Shown: piece after piece, positions 37,805-51,980 of the stretch
How positions within the stretch are numbered: position 1 is the stretch's first letter
Layout: every line of letters starts with the position of its first letter
Assembly (NCBI RefSeq): GCF_006345805.1
Contig: NC_042999.1
Coordinates: 52,824,001-52,888,000, forward strand
Origin: Octopus sinensis
Taxonomy: Eukaryota
Reading direction: 5' to 3'
Length of the DNA: 64,000 nucleotides
Notes under the pieces: model-generated
Told to the model about the DNA's origin: nothing
The model's input: the letters and a program-made list of their open reading frames with translations, nothing else
Databases searched by the model: none
Program-made: the position numbers and the translations under genes

Positions 37805-38028
37805 AATTACAGCGTGGAAGGTGTTTGTAAGCCATTTAAGAAACAGACAAAAGCCGCTCGATTCACTTCAACATTTAAGTTTAATTTGTAAAAATATTTT
37901 TGTCAGAGAACAGGTCGCAGTCTTAAAGCGATGAAAATATTTTAACAAATTAAACTTAAATGATGAAGTGAATCGAACGGTTTTGTGTGTTTCTTAAATG
38001 GCTTACAAACACCTTCCACGCTGCAAAT
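37805..38028. mobile_element. Fold-back MITE with ~95-bp imperfect TIRs; partial relatives at ~40335-40460 and ~53405-53545
   Basis: CAGCGTGGAAGGTGTTTGTAAGCCATTTAAGAAAC / GTTTCTTAAATGGCTTACAAACACCTTCCACGCTG. Confidence 0.8.
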
Positions 38029-38730
38029 GTTTTCGTTTCAGCACACGATCCCAGATCAAATCACTTGCTATGCAAGTACATCTCCGTAATTTTAAAATAT
38101 AATATTTACAAAATTCCCGACAGTAACTGTTATATATTCTATGCAGGTTATCTCTCTCCCAGTCGATATGCCACTGCCAGAAGAAAGAGTAATAAGCTAC
38201 ATAATATGAGCAAACCATCATAGGAAAACAGTTTTCCATGAACTTTAGCGTCTTTCACAGAATGCCATCCAAAATTTTAGGATTGCTTAAGGCATCCTTA
38301 GTCATAGACAGTACAATATAACAACAGAAACAAAGCTGACAGAATCGAACCTGACTTTGAACCTTGTAGTGTTAGCTCAATATCCCTGTAAGCGTATTTT
38401 AAAATTATAATAGATTTCCACTTTCACAAATATATATTACTTGACATGAAGATGGCACGGTAATATCTGGAAAAGTTTTGAACATTAGTCTGGTTGATCA
38501 CGGATCAAATGCCGATAAATTATTACAACAGCAATAAATGACGAAAAAAATCAGCGGATGACAATGTCTTTTTGAATATAATTACATGTAAGGTTAAGAG
38601 GATAAAATCCTCAGGTAAGGTTAAGAAAAGAGGATAAAGATCAATAATTTTCTTTCTAAATCAAATGTAAAAGACAGAGGAAGATAATTCAAAAGAAGAA
38701 TATTTCTTTATCCCCCTCCTCCTCCTCCTC

Positions 38731-38786
<56 letters not shown>

Positions 38787-39708
38787 TACTACTACTACTA
38801 TTATTACTAACAGAAATACCCAGCATTACTCTGGATTAAAGTGGTATAGTTTGTATATATATGTTACAGTTATGTTGAAATATGTGAGACGGGAAATTGC
38901 AACATTGACGACAAAACATTTGGGGAGTAAATGAAGGTCTAATCCAACTGACATGTAATACATCCGCTAGGAAGATTCCATGCCCTAACCTATCATGGAA
39001 AATTAGGAGTGGGAGGTATGTAATTTTTGAACCCACCGAAAAGCTGTTAGTGGATATACTCGCCTTTGAGGAGGTCAGCGCTGAGTGTAACATGAACCAT
39101 CGTATGGTTGACAGTCAAATAAATGGAGGTGTAATGGAGATATTGTACGTAAATAGGTACGATAGAAAATAGCATCGAGGAAGCGAACTGTTGAAATGTT
39201 GCAGAAAGCGAAGGGTTGACTCTGGATTTCTGGTGAGGCTGTAGAATAAGAAACATAAAATGAGCTTATGCAGTCATATGAGAATATGTAGTACTGAATT
39301 ACTTGAAAAAATAAGACATAATGGCTTACCGCGTGGTATGTATATAGTATGTCAGTGTTTTTTTTTTATATATATAGTGAAAAATTAACGAAATATAAGC
39401 AACTGAAAGAAATAGAAATAGAAGCACATGTATAGAACTGCTAATTTAACAGTAGATGCCACAATTATTGTTACGGGAAGACAAAGAAATATATACATAT
39501 AGGATAAATTTCTTAATGTAAAGGTAAATTTGTAATTGTAAATACCTTCCAACATTGCAAATACTGCGATAATTATTCACTGGTAATGGAACAGTAAATG
39601 TGTTTTTTATATATACCTTTGACCATGCCACCTCATTGATTTTTTCAAGAGTTTCACCTCTACAACTCACATACATACATTCAGTTAGCTTGTCAGTCGT
39701 CACATATG

Positions 39709-39747
<39 letters not shown>

Positions 39748-40489
39748 ATCTGTGTGCTTCTCTGTGTGTGTATATCATAACGTACGTAACGCGGAAACAC
39801 ACACACTCACAAATACATACACACTCATACACACACCGACAGATATATACTCATATGCAATGTGAGGCCATCGCCGTCGTTGTGGTATAAAATGTTCCTG
39901 ACATAAACTCATATGCATATACAAAGATAGCCACACAGACCAACCCACACATACATGTGTGTTCAGAAATATAATTAACACGGAAAGACCAACAGACTGT
40001 GAAACATATACATTCTCATGCACACACACATACACTCCCAGACAAATACCGAGTCATATCCGAAATACGACGTCGTCATCGTCAGTCTTCAGATATGTGT
40101 AAGTGTACATGTAGATGTGTTTACTAACATACTGTTACATATGTATATGAAGATGTAGATGTGTATGTTTAATAAAGTATCTAACGCGGAAAGACACATA
40201 CGCTATGATACATGTACACAGTCATACACTTACGTACATACACAGCCAGGTACACAGTCATATACAAAATGTGGTATCGTCGTCGTCATGGTATAAAATG
40301 TCCTGCTGACAATAGAAAGATTACAGTGTACAAGGAGTTTGTTAGCCATTCAAGAACACACAAAAAGCGTTAGTTTCATTTCAACATATAAATTGCATTT
40401 ATGTCAAAATATTTTCGTCGATTTGAAACCGCAATAAAACTGACAAAACGTCGTGCTGCATCGGAGAAAATAAGAGTCAGTTCATGATA

Positions 40490-40895
40490 GGCGAAGGAGT
40501 GGCTGTGTGGTAAGTAGCTTGCCAACCAACCACATGGTTCCGGGTTCAGTCCCACTGCGTGGCATCTTGGGCAAGTGTCTTCTGCTATAGCCCCGGGCCG
40601 ACCAATGCCTTGTGAGTGGATTTGGTAGACGGAAACTGAAAGAAGCCTGTCGTATATATATATATATATATATATGCCTGTGTGTGTTTGTGTTTCTGTG
40701 TTTGTCCCCCTAGCATTGCTTGACAACCGATGCTGGTGTGTTTACGTCCCCGTCACTTAGCGGTTTGGCAAAAGAGACCGGTAGAATAAGTACTGGGCTT
40801 ACAAAGAATAAGTCCCGGGGTCGATTTGCTCGATTAAAGGCGGTGCCCCAGCATTGCCGCAGTCAAATGATTGAAACAAGTAAAAGAGTAAAGAG
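40490..40895 (+). mobile_element. tRNA-derived SINE family B
   Basis: Full head, core and tail; homologous to 7628-8104. Confidence 0.9.
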
Positions 40896-43800
40896 AGAGA
40901 GAAATATGTGTGTTTAGGTATGTATGTATGTATGTATGTTTGTATGAATGGGTGTGTACGTTCGTACCAAAAAATTGTTCACATTCAACGCGTCTCATAG
41001 TATTATCAAGTAAAATTTGATTTGATCTTGTTGAGCTGTTTGAGAATGCACTGGGAACAGACAGAGACAAAATATATTAAATACATATATATAGAGAGAT
41101 TATTATTATTATTATTGTTGTTGTTGTTGTTGTTGTTGTTGTGTATATATTGATTTATGCATTCATTTAATGATAGATATAATTTCGGTTTATGACTATT
41201 TGTTTATTTATTAGTTTGTCACAAATTATTACACACACACACGCACATACATACATACATACATACATACATACATACATACATACATACATACATACAT
41301 ACATACATACATACATACGTAAGTACGTACGTATATGCCTAAATGCATATATACAATCAAATACATATGCATATGTATATACATACAATGATATGGGTTG
41401 CGTTCTTTGATTGTTTTATTATTATTTGTAGGCGGGCGGTGACGTCGAATGATTCAGCACTGATAAAGTGGTTACTATCGAGACTTAAATGGATGACGAA
41501 TAAAAATAAGGAATAAGAGACGAAATGGAAAATAAATCAAGTACATGAACTAAAGGAACACCAATTGGAGAGAGTAAAGAAAAAAATGGGATTGGTGAAA
41601 GCAGCGTTTATAGAAGATGTGTATGCAAAGTAAAGCGATTTATGAATATTTGTAATGGACGAGTTTAAAAGATAAAAACAAAAATTGTTGAAGATGAATT
41701 AATATTTAGAATGAAAAACGAATTGTTGTTTGGTAAGTCGTTTTTAAAGAGAATTTGTAAAACGGTTTACTTAGAAAATGGCAGATAAAGGAGAAAGAAT
41801 AACGTTGATAAAAGTGGAGAAAGAAACAGAAAAGAAGATTATACATTTTTGATCAATGATGTATTCATATTTAATGGTTATGCTGATGATAATTGTAATG
41901 TATTGAATCAAGTGTTGTAAGTGTATTGTTTACATTTGTCAACAATACTTGGTGTTTGACCGTTGAAATACAATGGGAAAAATTACTGGCTTTCTTTCTT
42001 TTTTTTTCTCATCAAATGAAATATGCAATCAATCAACATTGAACTGCTTTGTCTTTCTTCTTCATTAAAAAGTAAAAATTGGTTCGGAAACATAAATGAA
42101 ATAAAATCATCTGAGTGTTGTAAAGTTGCAGAAACTATTTATTGAGTACAGTTTTCTTATTAGAAATTATTGCAGAATGTATGTACAACCCCCCACCACC
42201 CCACCCCACACAAACACAAATGAAGTCATGTATTTACATATACATACATACGCACAAAAGGACACACATGTAAACACACATATTGAATAAATTCATTTTG
42301 ATATGAAACTAAGTCTATCAGATGGTGGCTGAGTGCAAATAAAATGACTCCGAGATACGAATATGATAAGTGACTCACTAAAATTAATAAGTCATGATTT
42401 ATAATTTTCTAGTTCAGAGTCTGATGCGAGTCGCGGCATACATGGTTGCTACCATCATTTTTACCTAAATTTTTGAGTATGTGATTTTCCATGTAAATAT
42501 AATGGTACCTCTTTTATTTTTGCATGGAAAATAACTAGAAAAATTATTTTTCTTAGCCGGGTAAATATTTACGAAGCATGTCTTTGATAGGATAACCATG
42601 ACATCAATCATTTCACAAATGCTAAGAAAGAAAGAGAAGGACATTTTTAGATGGAATTCAGTTAAAGAGGGAACACCATTCTCGCCATCGGTAACCACAG
42701 ATCATATTCGTCTATGTAAGATTTCAATGTTAATGTCATCAAAGGTTAGAAATTCCATTGTATCTATTTCATGGTAACTTCAGGCATCTATTCGCCTTTT
42801 CATCAGAACATCACTCATATATATTAAAGCCTGAATCCCTAAGAATTCTCAACTTGTACAACTTTCCAACCTTCCTGCCATTAGGAGACAATTTGCTCAT
42901 TTGCCTGAACTGGCTGTTCATCCAAAATTCCATGATATAGATTTTGGTTTTTGTCAAAATCTTTATCCGCATAATTTGCCAGCTTCAAAACCAAGGGCAT
43001 GATTGCTGCAAATTCGACGTAAAACTACTCCGTAAAGAGTTTGTAATCACCGTATACAATGCAATTTAAAAGTTTACATACCTATGCCTGTAAAATAATT
43101 CTATAGAGGGTTTTAGCTGTTTCATGACTATCGATAAGGTACTGATATATGGATTTACTGTATTCGACATTATCCGTCTTTACACATTTCTATTCAAATT
43201 GCTAAGATGCGCTACAATTACTAAGAATTGCAATACAATAGTTGAAATCGATGATAATAAAATCTATTCCATTGATGAAGGATGCTCTGCGAATGCCTTG
43301 GGATGTGTCATCCTTCTACACAATACTTAACAAAATGGATAATTATGTTTTTTTTTTACATATATATATTCATTAAACACTTTCGTATTATTAAATAAAA
43401 GCTTCCGTTTAAACCAGCTCTACTAGAATTAATTTTACGCTGATTTTCAAAACTGTCAAATGAATGAATGTTTATAGAGAACAAAGATTTACGTAGTTTC
43501 TTTTGTAATTGTAATTCTTTCTGAAATAAGCGATTCTTGGAACAGCGCGAAGAGTTCCATATGTTTTACTGAAAGGGCGCAGTTAGTATAGAACATCTTT
43601 CAAAGCTCTATTTTATATATACAAGTAACTTTTTTAAAACTGGGAGATATTATCTATTACCTTTCACTTAATTGCAAGTAGAGAACAATCTTAACCATTG
43701 AATAAAATCGAAAGACATACAGTAGTCGCGTGCAGTAATATTAACTGGCACCACTTTAACAAATCTTAACATGTTATATTGCATTTTTACCTTCTTAAAA

Positions 43801-43904
43801 GAAAAGTTCACATGACTAGATTTTAATCCATAATCCAAGTAACAGGCATACACGCTGTTGTATATATGCACACTGGCATTATCCATGCTGCGGATGGATA
43901 ACGT

Positions 43905-44870
43905 CAGTGTTTCTCTCAAGCGTTCGCATGTCCTCAGTATTCACAGCCCATGTCTCACTGTCATGTAGCATAGCTCTTTCATAACCTGCCTTTCATTCTG
44001 ATAGAACGAAGTCCTTTGTTACTAACGGAAGCAGCAGCCCTCTGAACTTCGCCCAACCCGTTCTTATTCTAGCAGCTATTCTAGAAAAACTTCCACAACT
44101 GCGAACTTGGTCAATTAAGTAACCTTTCTACTCAAGAACCTGTCTGCCGCTTCTGAGGTTTCACATGAGTATTTGAAAGTTTATTTTCTCTGTTGATCTT
44201 CCAGTGAAACCTCTGCAATGTTTATGTATTGAAAGCTTATCCTTAGTACACCGTACGGAGTTCCTACCGACACCTTTTCTGCATTTCGAGTATGGCCATA
44301 TACCTGAAGGGAGCTGTGATTTGTCTGTTTTCCACCTTATTAGGACTTTGATCTTTGTTAAATTAAATCTCTGGCCCTTTGATTCCAGATTTTGCTTCAA
44401 CGAGAATCATTCAACAGTTCTTTGTTTTTTTTTTTTTACCTTGTTTGTCTATAATTTGTTCTGCCCTTTCAAATAATCATTTTCATGAACTTCCCTGGTT
44501 CTGGTAGTGGTTCAGCAATAAGAAAAAGATCATCAGCACAGAGGAATGCCTAAGGGAAGCTTTCTTAAATTCCTCTGTTACAGCTTGGAGAAAGGGGTTA
44601 AAAATCGATCCCAGGTGGACACCTGCTTGTACACTAAATTCCTTGCTATTCTTAATGGCGACATTCACCTTACTAACAGCTTCTCTGTGCCTGTTTTATA
44701 CAATTCTCACCAACCTCTTATATATCCCTAGATTCCGCACTAGATAAGGGAGTGGGGCACCCTCTTAAAATCAATCTCCATGTCAGCAAAACCCAAATGC
44801 AGAGGTTTATTTCTAGCCAAGTGGTCTCCTGCGTTTACCTCATCAGGAAGATAGCATCCGTATTATTTCT
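43905..44870 (-). pseudogene. RTE-like LINE reverse transcriptase fragment with Cys-rich insertion
   Basis: DAIFLMR...KPLHLGFADME, GVHLGSIFNP, LESKG...NLTKIKVL, CRKGVGRNSV.C motifs in order. Confidence 0.75.
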
Positions 44871-45497
44871 TGCATCCAATATTTCCTCTGTTAATGAAAT
44901 CTTGGTAATATTCCTTTATCGTGATTGACTACAAAGCCGGGTCTGGAGAAATGATTCACTTCCTAACGAAACAGAAGAATTTCAACGAGAATCCTTCATC
45001 AGTTCTCTGGGTTTTATTCCTTGTTTGTCTATACTTTTTCTGCCTTTTCAAATATTCAGTTTGATGATTTTATACGTGTAATGTGAGACTGAGAAAATAG
45101 AGAGAGAATTAGGAATAACATGTATGTACGTATGTATGTATATATGTATGTATGAATGTATGTATGAATGTATGTATGTATGTATGTATGTATGTATGTA
45201 TGTATGTATGTATGTATGTATATATGCATATGTGCGTCTTTGTATTTCTGTACGGGTGTGTGTGCACGCGGGCGGGCGTGCTTGCGTCTATGTGTGTGTA
45301 TCTCACTAGAGGAAGCGAAATACACAAAAAGAGAAATGGAGGAAATGAAACATTAAAAATGCAGAGAGATATCAGTAATAAAGGAAATGTAATTGAGATA
45401 TAATAGAGATTAAGAAGAAAAGGTTACGAGTAAAAATAAAGTTTCTGATGGATTGACAAGCGCCATGAGGTTTAAAGGAAACAAAATTGGATAAAAC

Positions 45498-45534
<37 letters not shown>

Positions 45535-45727
45535 AGAGAGTATTGTAGAGGCTACATGCGTAGGAAAGACAAGAATTACAGAGAAATATAAAAATATATT
45601 ATACACAAACATATATATATATATGTGTATACGCGAGGCTATATATTGTCATACATGGATATACCTTCATACGTATTTATATATATATATATGTATATGT
45701 ATATACATGTATATATATGTGTGTGTG

Positions 45728-45778
<51 letters not shown>

Positions 45779-46173
45779 CTTGTATATATGATGTAGTACG
45801 GAGCACATATTGTTATACACAAGCATATGCATTGCTATGCATATATATATATATATATGTATATATAAATATTGCTGTCTGCAAATGTATGCATTGACAT
45901 ACGTAAAGAAATCAGCGTGAATGAGAGAACATGATCAGTGAGGTTCTAACCGCTTTCGTTCTGTCAGGCGTTTTATAACACTAGGCAATAAAGATTTTGT
46001 TACAGAAAACCAAATATGGTATCCTAGCTAAATTTGGAATGATGATTTCAAACCTAAACTTAAATATTTTCTATCACTTCTAGACTTTGTGTAAAATTCA
46101 AATCGCTTCGTAAAATATCCTACAACGTCCAGATCTTGGTTTTAATCGGTTTAATGCTAGTAATATAAGACTT

Positions 46174-46476
46174 GGAGGCGCAACGGCCCAGTGGTTAGGG
46201 CAGCGGACTCGCGGTCGTAGGATCGCGGTTTCGATTCTCAGACCGGGCATTGTGAGTGTTTATTGAGCGAAAACACCTAGAAGCTCCACAAGCCCCCGGT
46301 AGTGGGTGGTGATCCCTGCTGTACTCTTTCACCACTCTTTCTCCCACTCTTTCTTCTGTTGGCCTGCTCACTTAGCCAGCGGGGTTGCATCATTCGAAGG
46401 CTAAAACAATGCGATGGCATTGTGACCAGCGATGTGTAACTGCATCTGATGGACTGGTCAGTCACGTGATCACGTG
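46174..46476 (+). mobile_element. tRNA-derived SINE, head A with tail T2, inserted in the Chapaev3-like element
   Basis: Perfect 12-bp TSD AATATAAGACTT (46162-46173 / 46477-46488); tail ends TCACGTGATCACGTG. Confidence 0.92.
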
Positions 46477-46791
46477 AATATAAGACTTACTTTTCAGGGT
46501 TAAAGCAATTTTTGTTTGCCAACTATATACAAATTCTAGCGATTTTGACCAATGAAATTTATCCCGAGTCGGCAACACTGAGTCAAGAGCATAGCAACGG
46601 TCTAACTGTCAGTCGCTACGTAACAGTAGAGCGATTGTTGAAACTCTCTGCTTGTAAGCAAGTAACAGGCTGTGGTGACCTGTGGGTTTTTATAGCATTT
46701 GTTTTGATACTACAATGTATATCCTTTTATTTTGTACATCCTAATTATTATTTTCTAAATTATTTTTTTCAGACATTGTATGGTAATTAAA

Positions 46792-47540
46792 ATGCAATCT
46801 AATAGACGAGCTTGTGAAAATCACTCATGCAATTTCTGCTATATCTGTGGACAATATACACTTATGCCACAACAGAGGAACATAACAAAGACTAAACTTG
46901 CCTTCAAGTATTATTTTGACTGTAAGTTAGGAGAGCAAGAGAGCGGCTGGGCACCACATACTTCCTGTGCGCAGTGCAATGCAGTGTTAATGGCTTTGAA
47001 AGAAAAACCTATGTCGTTCTCAGTCACCATGGTTTGGTGTGAGCCGAGAAATCACTTGAATGGTTATTTCTGTTTGAGAAATATTGCTGGTTTCGCAAAG
47101 GAAAATAAATCAAAAATCTTTTATCTAAACTACGAATCAGCAATAAAACCAACACCTCATGAGGAAACAAATCCAATACCAGTTCCAACAGCAACTACAA
47201 TAGACAGCAGTTCATCTCAACATTCTCGTAGTGATATAGAATTAGGGAATGAAGGCGTATACATTCCAAATGCCACTAGTTCCCTACATCTGTTAAGTCA
47301 AGAGGAGTTACATGACTGAGTGGAATGGAATTTTCTCCAGCTAAACGCCAAAGTTTTCCCATTTCCGCCATCCCCATTTATAATTTTCATCATTTTACTT
47401 ACAGGAGAAAAACGTTTGTTTCTGCCACGATATAAGTGGCTTGGTGGAAAGGATTGGCTTTCGCTATGATCAAGAAAAATAGAGACTGTGTACTGACTCT
47501 AGTAAAGCTAACCGTAAAGCTGTATCACTGAACAACTGCG
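46792..47540 (+). pseudogene. Transposase remnant (Cys/His N-terminal domain and start of catalytic region)
   Basis: FCYICG...WAPH.SC..C...MVWCEP.NH..GYFC, then CHDISGL...Y...RL.TDSSK...KAV. Confidence 0.8.
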
Positions 47541-48757
47541 ATGAAAAACATAATTATTAAAGTAGGCTTAACATAAAACATGGGACGGAAAAGTAGTTTA
47601 GACGTCTTTCGTAATAAAAAACAGGTGAGAAATAATAGAAAACAGGGGTTTAAGGTTACAATAAATCTGGACGTAGTAGAGAAATGTAGATATCAGATCT
47701 GAAAATAGCATCAGAAATTGGGTAGGAGTCAGTAGTTTAAGTGTCGGTAACCAAACAAGGAGTTGAAATTTGTTGCCTAGTGTAATCAGAGGTAACTTGG
47801 TTTTACTGTAATTGTAAATACACCGTGAAATTAAAGTAGGAAATATTTAGATTTGTGTCTCTGGGTGCACAAATACGTGAATAATTGTAAATAGGAAGTA
47901 AGTTGTAATTGTTGATGGAATGTTTTAGATAAAATTCTGATGGACATTTGTTGTATCAAAAATTAAGAGTAAAGTGGGTGCTAGTATACTTGATGTCAAA
48001 AACTAGGAAAATTTATCTGAATGATATTTTACAGCGTTGGCAGCGAACCTTATTTGAATTCTCCGTTCTTGTCAAAAAATGACAGGCGAGATAATCCTTG
48101 CGGATAATTTTCCTGAAATATGAATTACAGACGGGATTACATCTGAGCATTAGTATTACGGTGACAGCTGTGGCCATATTGTGATCTCCTTAAACCTTTG
48201 GTAGCTACATTTAGTCTAACCACTCCTAAAGACATTAAAATGACCGACTGGTATGAGAGTTTTGTGACTAAGCCCTGAGTGACGTAACGTGGCATTATAA
48301 CTTCTATTTAACATTCTTAAATAAGAGATGGACAAAAAGTTCATTCAGAGCAAATAATAAACAAAATATGCCAAAGTTGTCATGATAGTGCTTCACAGCA
48401 AATTCATTATACTGCATATTTAATTAAAATCCTTATAATTAAGTCTGTGACTCATCTGCTGCTTTTCACAAGAATTAGCGCATGTGCACGCGCAATATAC
48501 ACTATCATGGTAGTCATGATTATATTAAGAGGACTTGAAGTATCCACAGGTAAACATCAAAGTAAGTTCCATCTTTTTATTACCTTAAATTAATTGTAAG
48601 TATAGAAATTGTCATTTCTCTAATATATTTTGAACCAGGTTGAATCGCGGAGATAATTATTATAATCATCATTAATTAATCAATTATTGTTATTAAAAAT
48701 TGTTTCTGCATTATGCAGACGATGTCCTTTGTCATTATCCCACTAATCATTCCTATT

Positions 48758-49166
48758 TGGTAAGTAGCTTGCTTACGAACCACATAGTTCTGGGTTCAGT
48801 CCCACTGCGTGGAACCTTGGGCAAGTGTCTTCTACTGTAGCCTCGGGCCGACCAAAGCCTTGTGAGTGGATTTGGTAGACGGAAACTGAAAGCCCGTCGT
48901 ATATATGTATATATATATGTGTGTATGTGTGTGTGTGTGTATGTTTGAGTATCTGTGCTTGTCCCCCCCAACATCGCTTGACAACCGATGCTGGTGTGTT
49001 TACGTCCCCGTAACTTAGCGGTTCGGCAAAAGAGACCGATAGAATAAGTACTAGGCTTACAAAGAATAAGTCCCGGAGTCGATTAGCTCGACTAAAGGCG
49101 GTGCTCCAGCATGGCCACAGTCAAATGACTGAAACAAGTAAAAGATTCAAAAGATTTAAAAGATTT
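48758..49166 (+). mobile_element. tRNA-derived SINE family B, slightly 5'-truncated
   Basis: Homologous to the 40490 copy; AAAGATT-type tail. Confidence 0.9.
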
Positions 49167-49169
49167 ACG

Positions 49170-50297
49170 TGTATGCTATAGTCTGTGATTTTGTTACGGA
49201 CAGGATGTTCGAACAAAGAACCAATGTAAAATTTGGCATTAAACTTAGGAGTTTTGCTTCAGAGATATTGAGCATGCTTCGGCAAGCTTACTGCGACGAA
49301 GCAATGAGTCGTACGCAATGTTTCGAATCATACGGCCGCTTCAAAATTGGAAGAGCGAGCTGGAGGAAGTGCAACGAATGTCAGCCCCGGAAATGGGGAG
49401 AATGTTCATCAGCTTGTGCATGACGATCGTCGGAGGACAATCATTGACATTGCTAATGTTGTTGGCCAGTCGTATGAGTCCATGCAAGAAATCCTAACTG
49501 AACACGCAGCCTATCCCTGCCTAGTTTTTGTTCCCTGCCTGCTGACCACTAAGCATAGAGAATATCACATCGAAATCTGTCAAGATCTACGTCAAAGTGT
49601 CACTGATGACCCATTCTTCATGTCGAAGACCATCGCTGGTAACGACAGTTGGTTCTACGGCTATGAAAATCAGACGGAGCAGCAGCTGTCACAATGGAAG
49701 CGGCCTTCATCATCACGACAAAAGAAGGCACGACATAGCCGCAATACAATCAAGAGCATGCTCATCGTTTTCTTTTTGCGATATCCATGATATTGTGCAT
49801 CGAGAATTCGCTCTCTAGGGTCAGGCCATCAATCGAGAGCCCTAACGTTTTCAAACGTTTGACGGAGGACATTTGTCGAAAATGACCAGATTTGGTGGGC
49901 GCAAAGAATTGGATTCTTCACGTCGACAATACACCGAGTCACCGAGTTCTCCTCGCCGGTTTCTCGCAAAAAACAACAAAGCATCGTTTCTGCATCCACC
50001 ATATTTACAAGTTTTATCACTTGCAGACTTCCATCTCTTCACCAAGATGAAAATGCAGCTCATATTTCGCTGTTTTGATAACGTTGTCGGTCGAAATGAA
50101 GAGCGAAATTGCAGAAGGTCCTTGACTCACATGCAAAAACAACGACTTCCAGGCTGGATTCCAAATGTGGCAGGAGCGCTGAGACCGGTGTTTTGCTGCG
50201 GAAAGTGACTCGAGAGAGTTGATGTTAAAATGTAGTTAACTAAGCTATTTTTTATTAAACAGTTACTGGTCCGGGACCTAGTTGATACCACCTCGTA
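49170..50297 (+). mobile_element. Mariner element, degenerate transposase, right TIR retained
   Basis: MFEQRTNVKF, RRRTI..IA, GNDSWFYGY, SMLIVFF, HPPYLQVLSLADFHLF; TIR-like ...GTTGATACCACCTCGTA. Confidence 0.88.
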
Positions 50298-50983
50298 TGA
50301 ATATCATATATTTATTCTTGCCACTTTGTTAGTAAGTTAGCACGCTCGTTTCGCTCAGCCCGTTGGATACTGCTCTCGCTTGCAGCAAGTTACCTCATGG
50401 TTCAATGGTAAAGGCCGATCAATCGACAACATATATAGAGAGATATTTGATAAACATTAGATGAAATGAAATGAGATGAAATTTGCGAATTGTTAGATTT
50501 TCTACGAAGATTTTATAATGATAGCTTTGCTTGGATGACTATAATGGTTTACTAAGATATATTATCATTCATGGTTTTAGTGCATCTGCACCGTATACTT
50601 TAGTGTCACGTTTGTTGCATACATTTAGTCTAGCGTTTCTCTACCGTATTCCGTATTTTCATACTTCACAATTATACGAGGAGTGTGATAAATTGAATGT
50701 ATACGTTTGTTTATATAAGAAAATTACATATAAACATGCACACACACGCACGCGCGCTTCCACACTAATACAAGCAAACGCACATACACATTCATATATA
50801 AATTTCCTTATAAATGTCCTGAAACTCCACACAGCCTTGGATTTGTTATCTCACTCTCCTTAATATATATATATATGTATGTATGTATGTATGTGTGTGT
50901 GTATATATATATACATACATAGATAGATATATATATAAATATATACATATATATATATATATATTATATATATATATATATAC

Positions 50984-51035
<52 letters not shown>

Positions 51036-51043
<8 letters not shown>

Positions 51044-51926
51044 AATATGTTACATTACTCGATAGTCAAGATAAAACTCTGAGTTTCAGATGCTGAAGTG
51101 GAAATCCACAACACCATCTCTTCGGTTATCTGGCTATTTGGAATAAAGAATTGTGCCCGCTAAATGGAGCTTGCATGTCCAAGAACATCATATATGAAGC
51201 TACCGTAAACTCTATAACCGCTAAAGACACCGTTTCGACGAAGAAATACGTGGGCCTTACAGAGGGTAATTTCAAGGCCAGGTTCAATAACCACACTTTG
51301 AGCTTTAGGCACTGGAACAAAAGAAAAGCGACACAATTATGTAATCATATTTGGTCTTTAAGAGATAAAGGTGTCGATTATAACATACATTGGAAGATTT
51401 TGGCCAGATGTAAGCCCGATACCAACGGCAGCGGAAGGTGCGGTCTATGCGACATGGAGAGATGGTTTATCTGGAAAAGCAGCTTAGACCCTACAACATG
51501 TCTAAACACAAGGACAGAACTTTTCGGATCATGCCCACATGTGACTAAATTTCTGTTACATTTTTGGTCCCCTAAAGAAAACAAATATGTTATGTCCCAA
51601 GAAGATTTTATATTTTTATATATTTTTATATATTTTGTATGTATTTTTATATAATTTTTATGACGAAAAATGCGAGCGATGTATAAGTACGCAGGCAAGC
51701 AGAGTTATAACACAGTAATTTCCCTTTATATAACGGTATTTTTTCATAGCGTTTTCAAATAGCCAGATAACCGAAGAGATGGTGTTGTGGATTTCCACTT
51801 CGGCATCTGAAACACAGAGTTTTATCTTGACTATCGAGTAACGTAACATATTATTGTATAGATAAATTTCCTCTATTTACATAATATTGAGGTCTCTTTC
51901 TTTCTTTTGTTATCTTACCGTTTTAC
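51036..51926 (+). mobile_element. PLE of a second lineage: GIY-YIG ORF remnant between ~105-bp inverted arms, each with an HHR-like motif, flanked by (TA)n
   Basis: Arms 51036-51143 / 51753-51860; HHR-like motifs 51070-51130 (-) and 51766-51826 (+). Confidence 0.85.
51151..51654 (+). pseudogene. PLE GIY-YIG endonuclease domain with flanking Cys motifs (5'-truncated, frame open)
   Basis: CPLNGAC...IIYEATV...KYVGLTE..FKARFNNH...IW...C.LC..E...LNTRTE...CPH. Confidence 0.85.
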
Positions 51927-51928
51927 CA

Positions 51929-51980
<52 letters not shown>

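Larger units (their letters stand above)
45979..47782 (+). mobile_element. Chapaev3-like (CMC superfamily) DNA transposon, internally deleted
   Basis: TIRs CACTAGGCAA(T/C)AAA, 3-bp TAA TSD (45976-45978 / 47783-47785), transposase remnant. Confidence 0.75.

Noticed and set aside
39780-40310. Decayed ~400-bp local duplication (AACGCGGAAA; GGTATAAAATGT)
   Set aside because: Embedded in CA/TA-rich low-complexity sequence with no sign of function.
41420-41940. Purine-biased, coding-like stretch; similar at 11350-11660, 13700-13830 and 38870-39060
   Set aside because: Multiple stops and at most faint LINE-like motifs; probably ancient TE relics but unassignable.
44975-45020. Minus-strand CTGATGA...GAAA
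   Set aside because: Stem II mismatched and stem III spacing too short.
51655-51712. Possible second, decayed HHR downstream of the GIY-YIG ORF
   Set aside because: Both core segments are altered; not supportable without a consensus.
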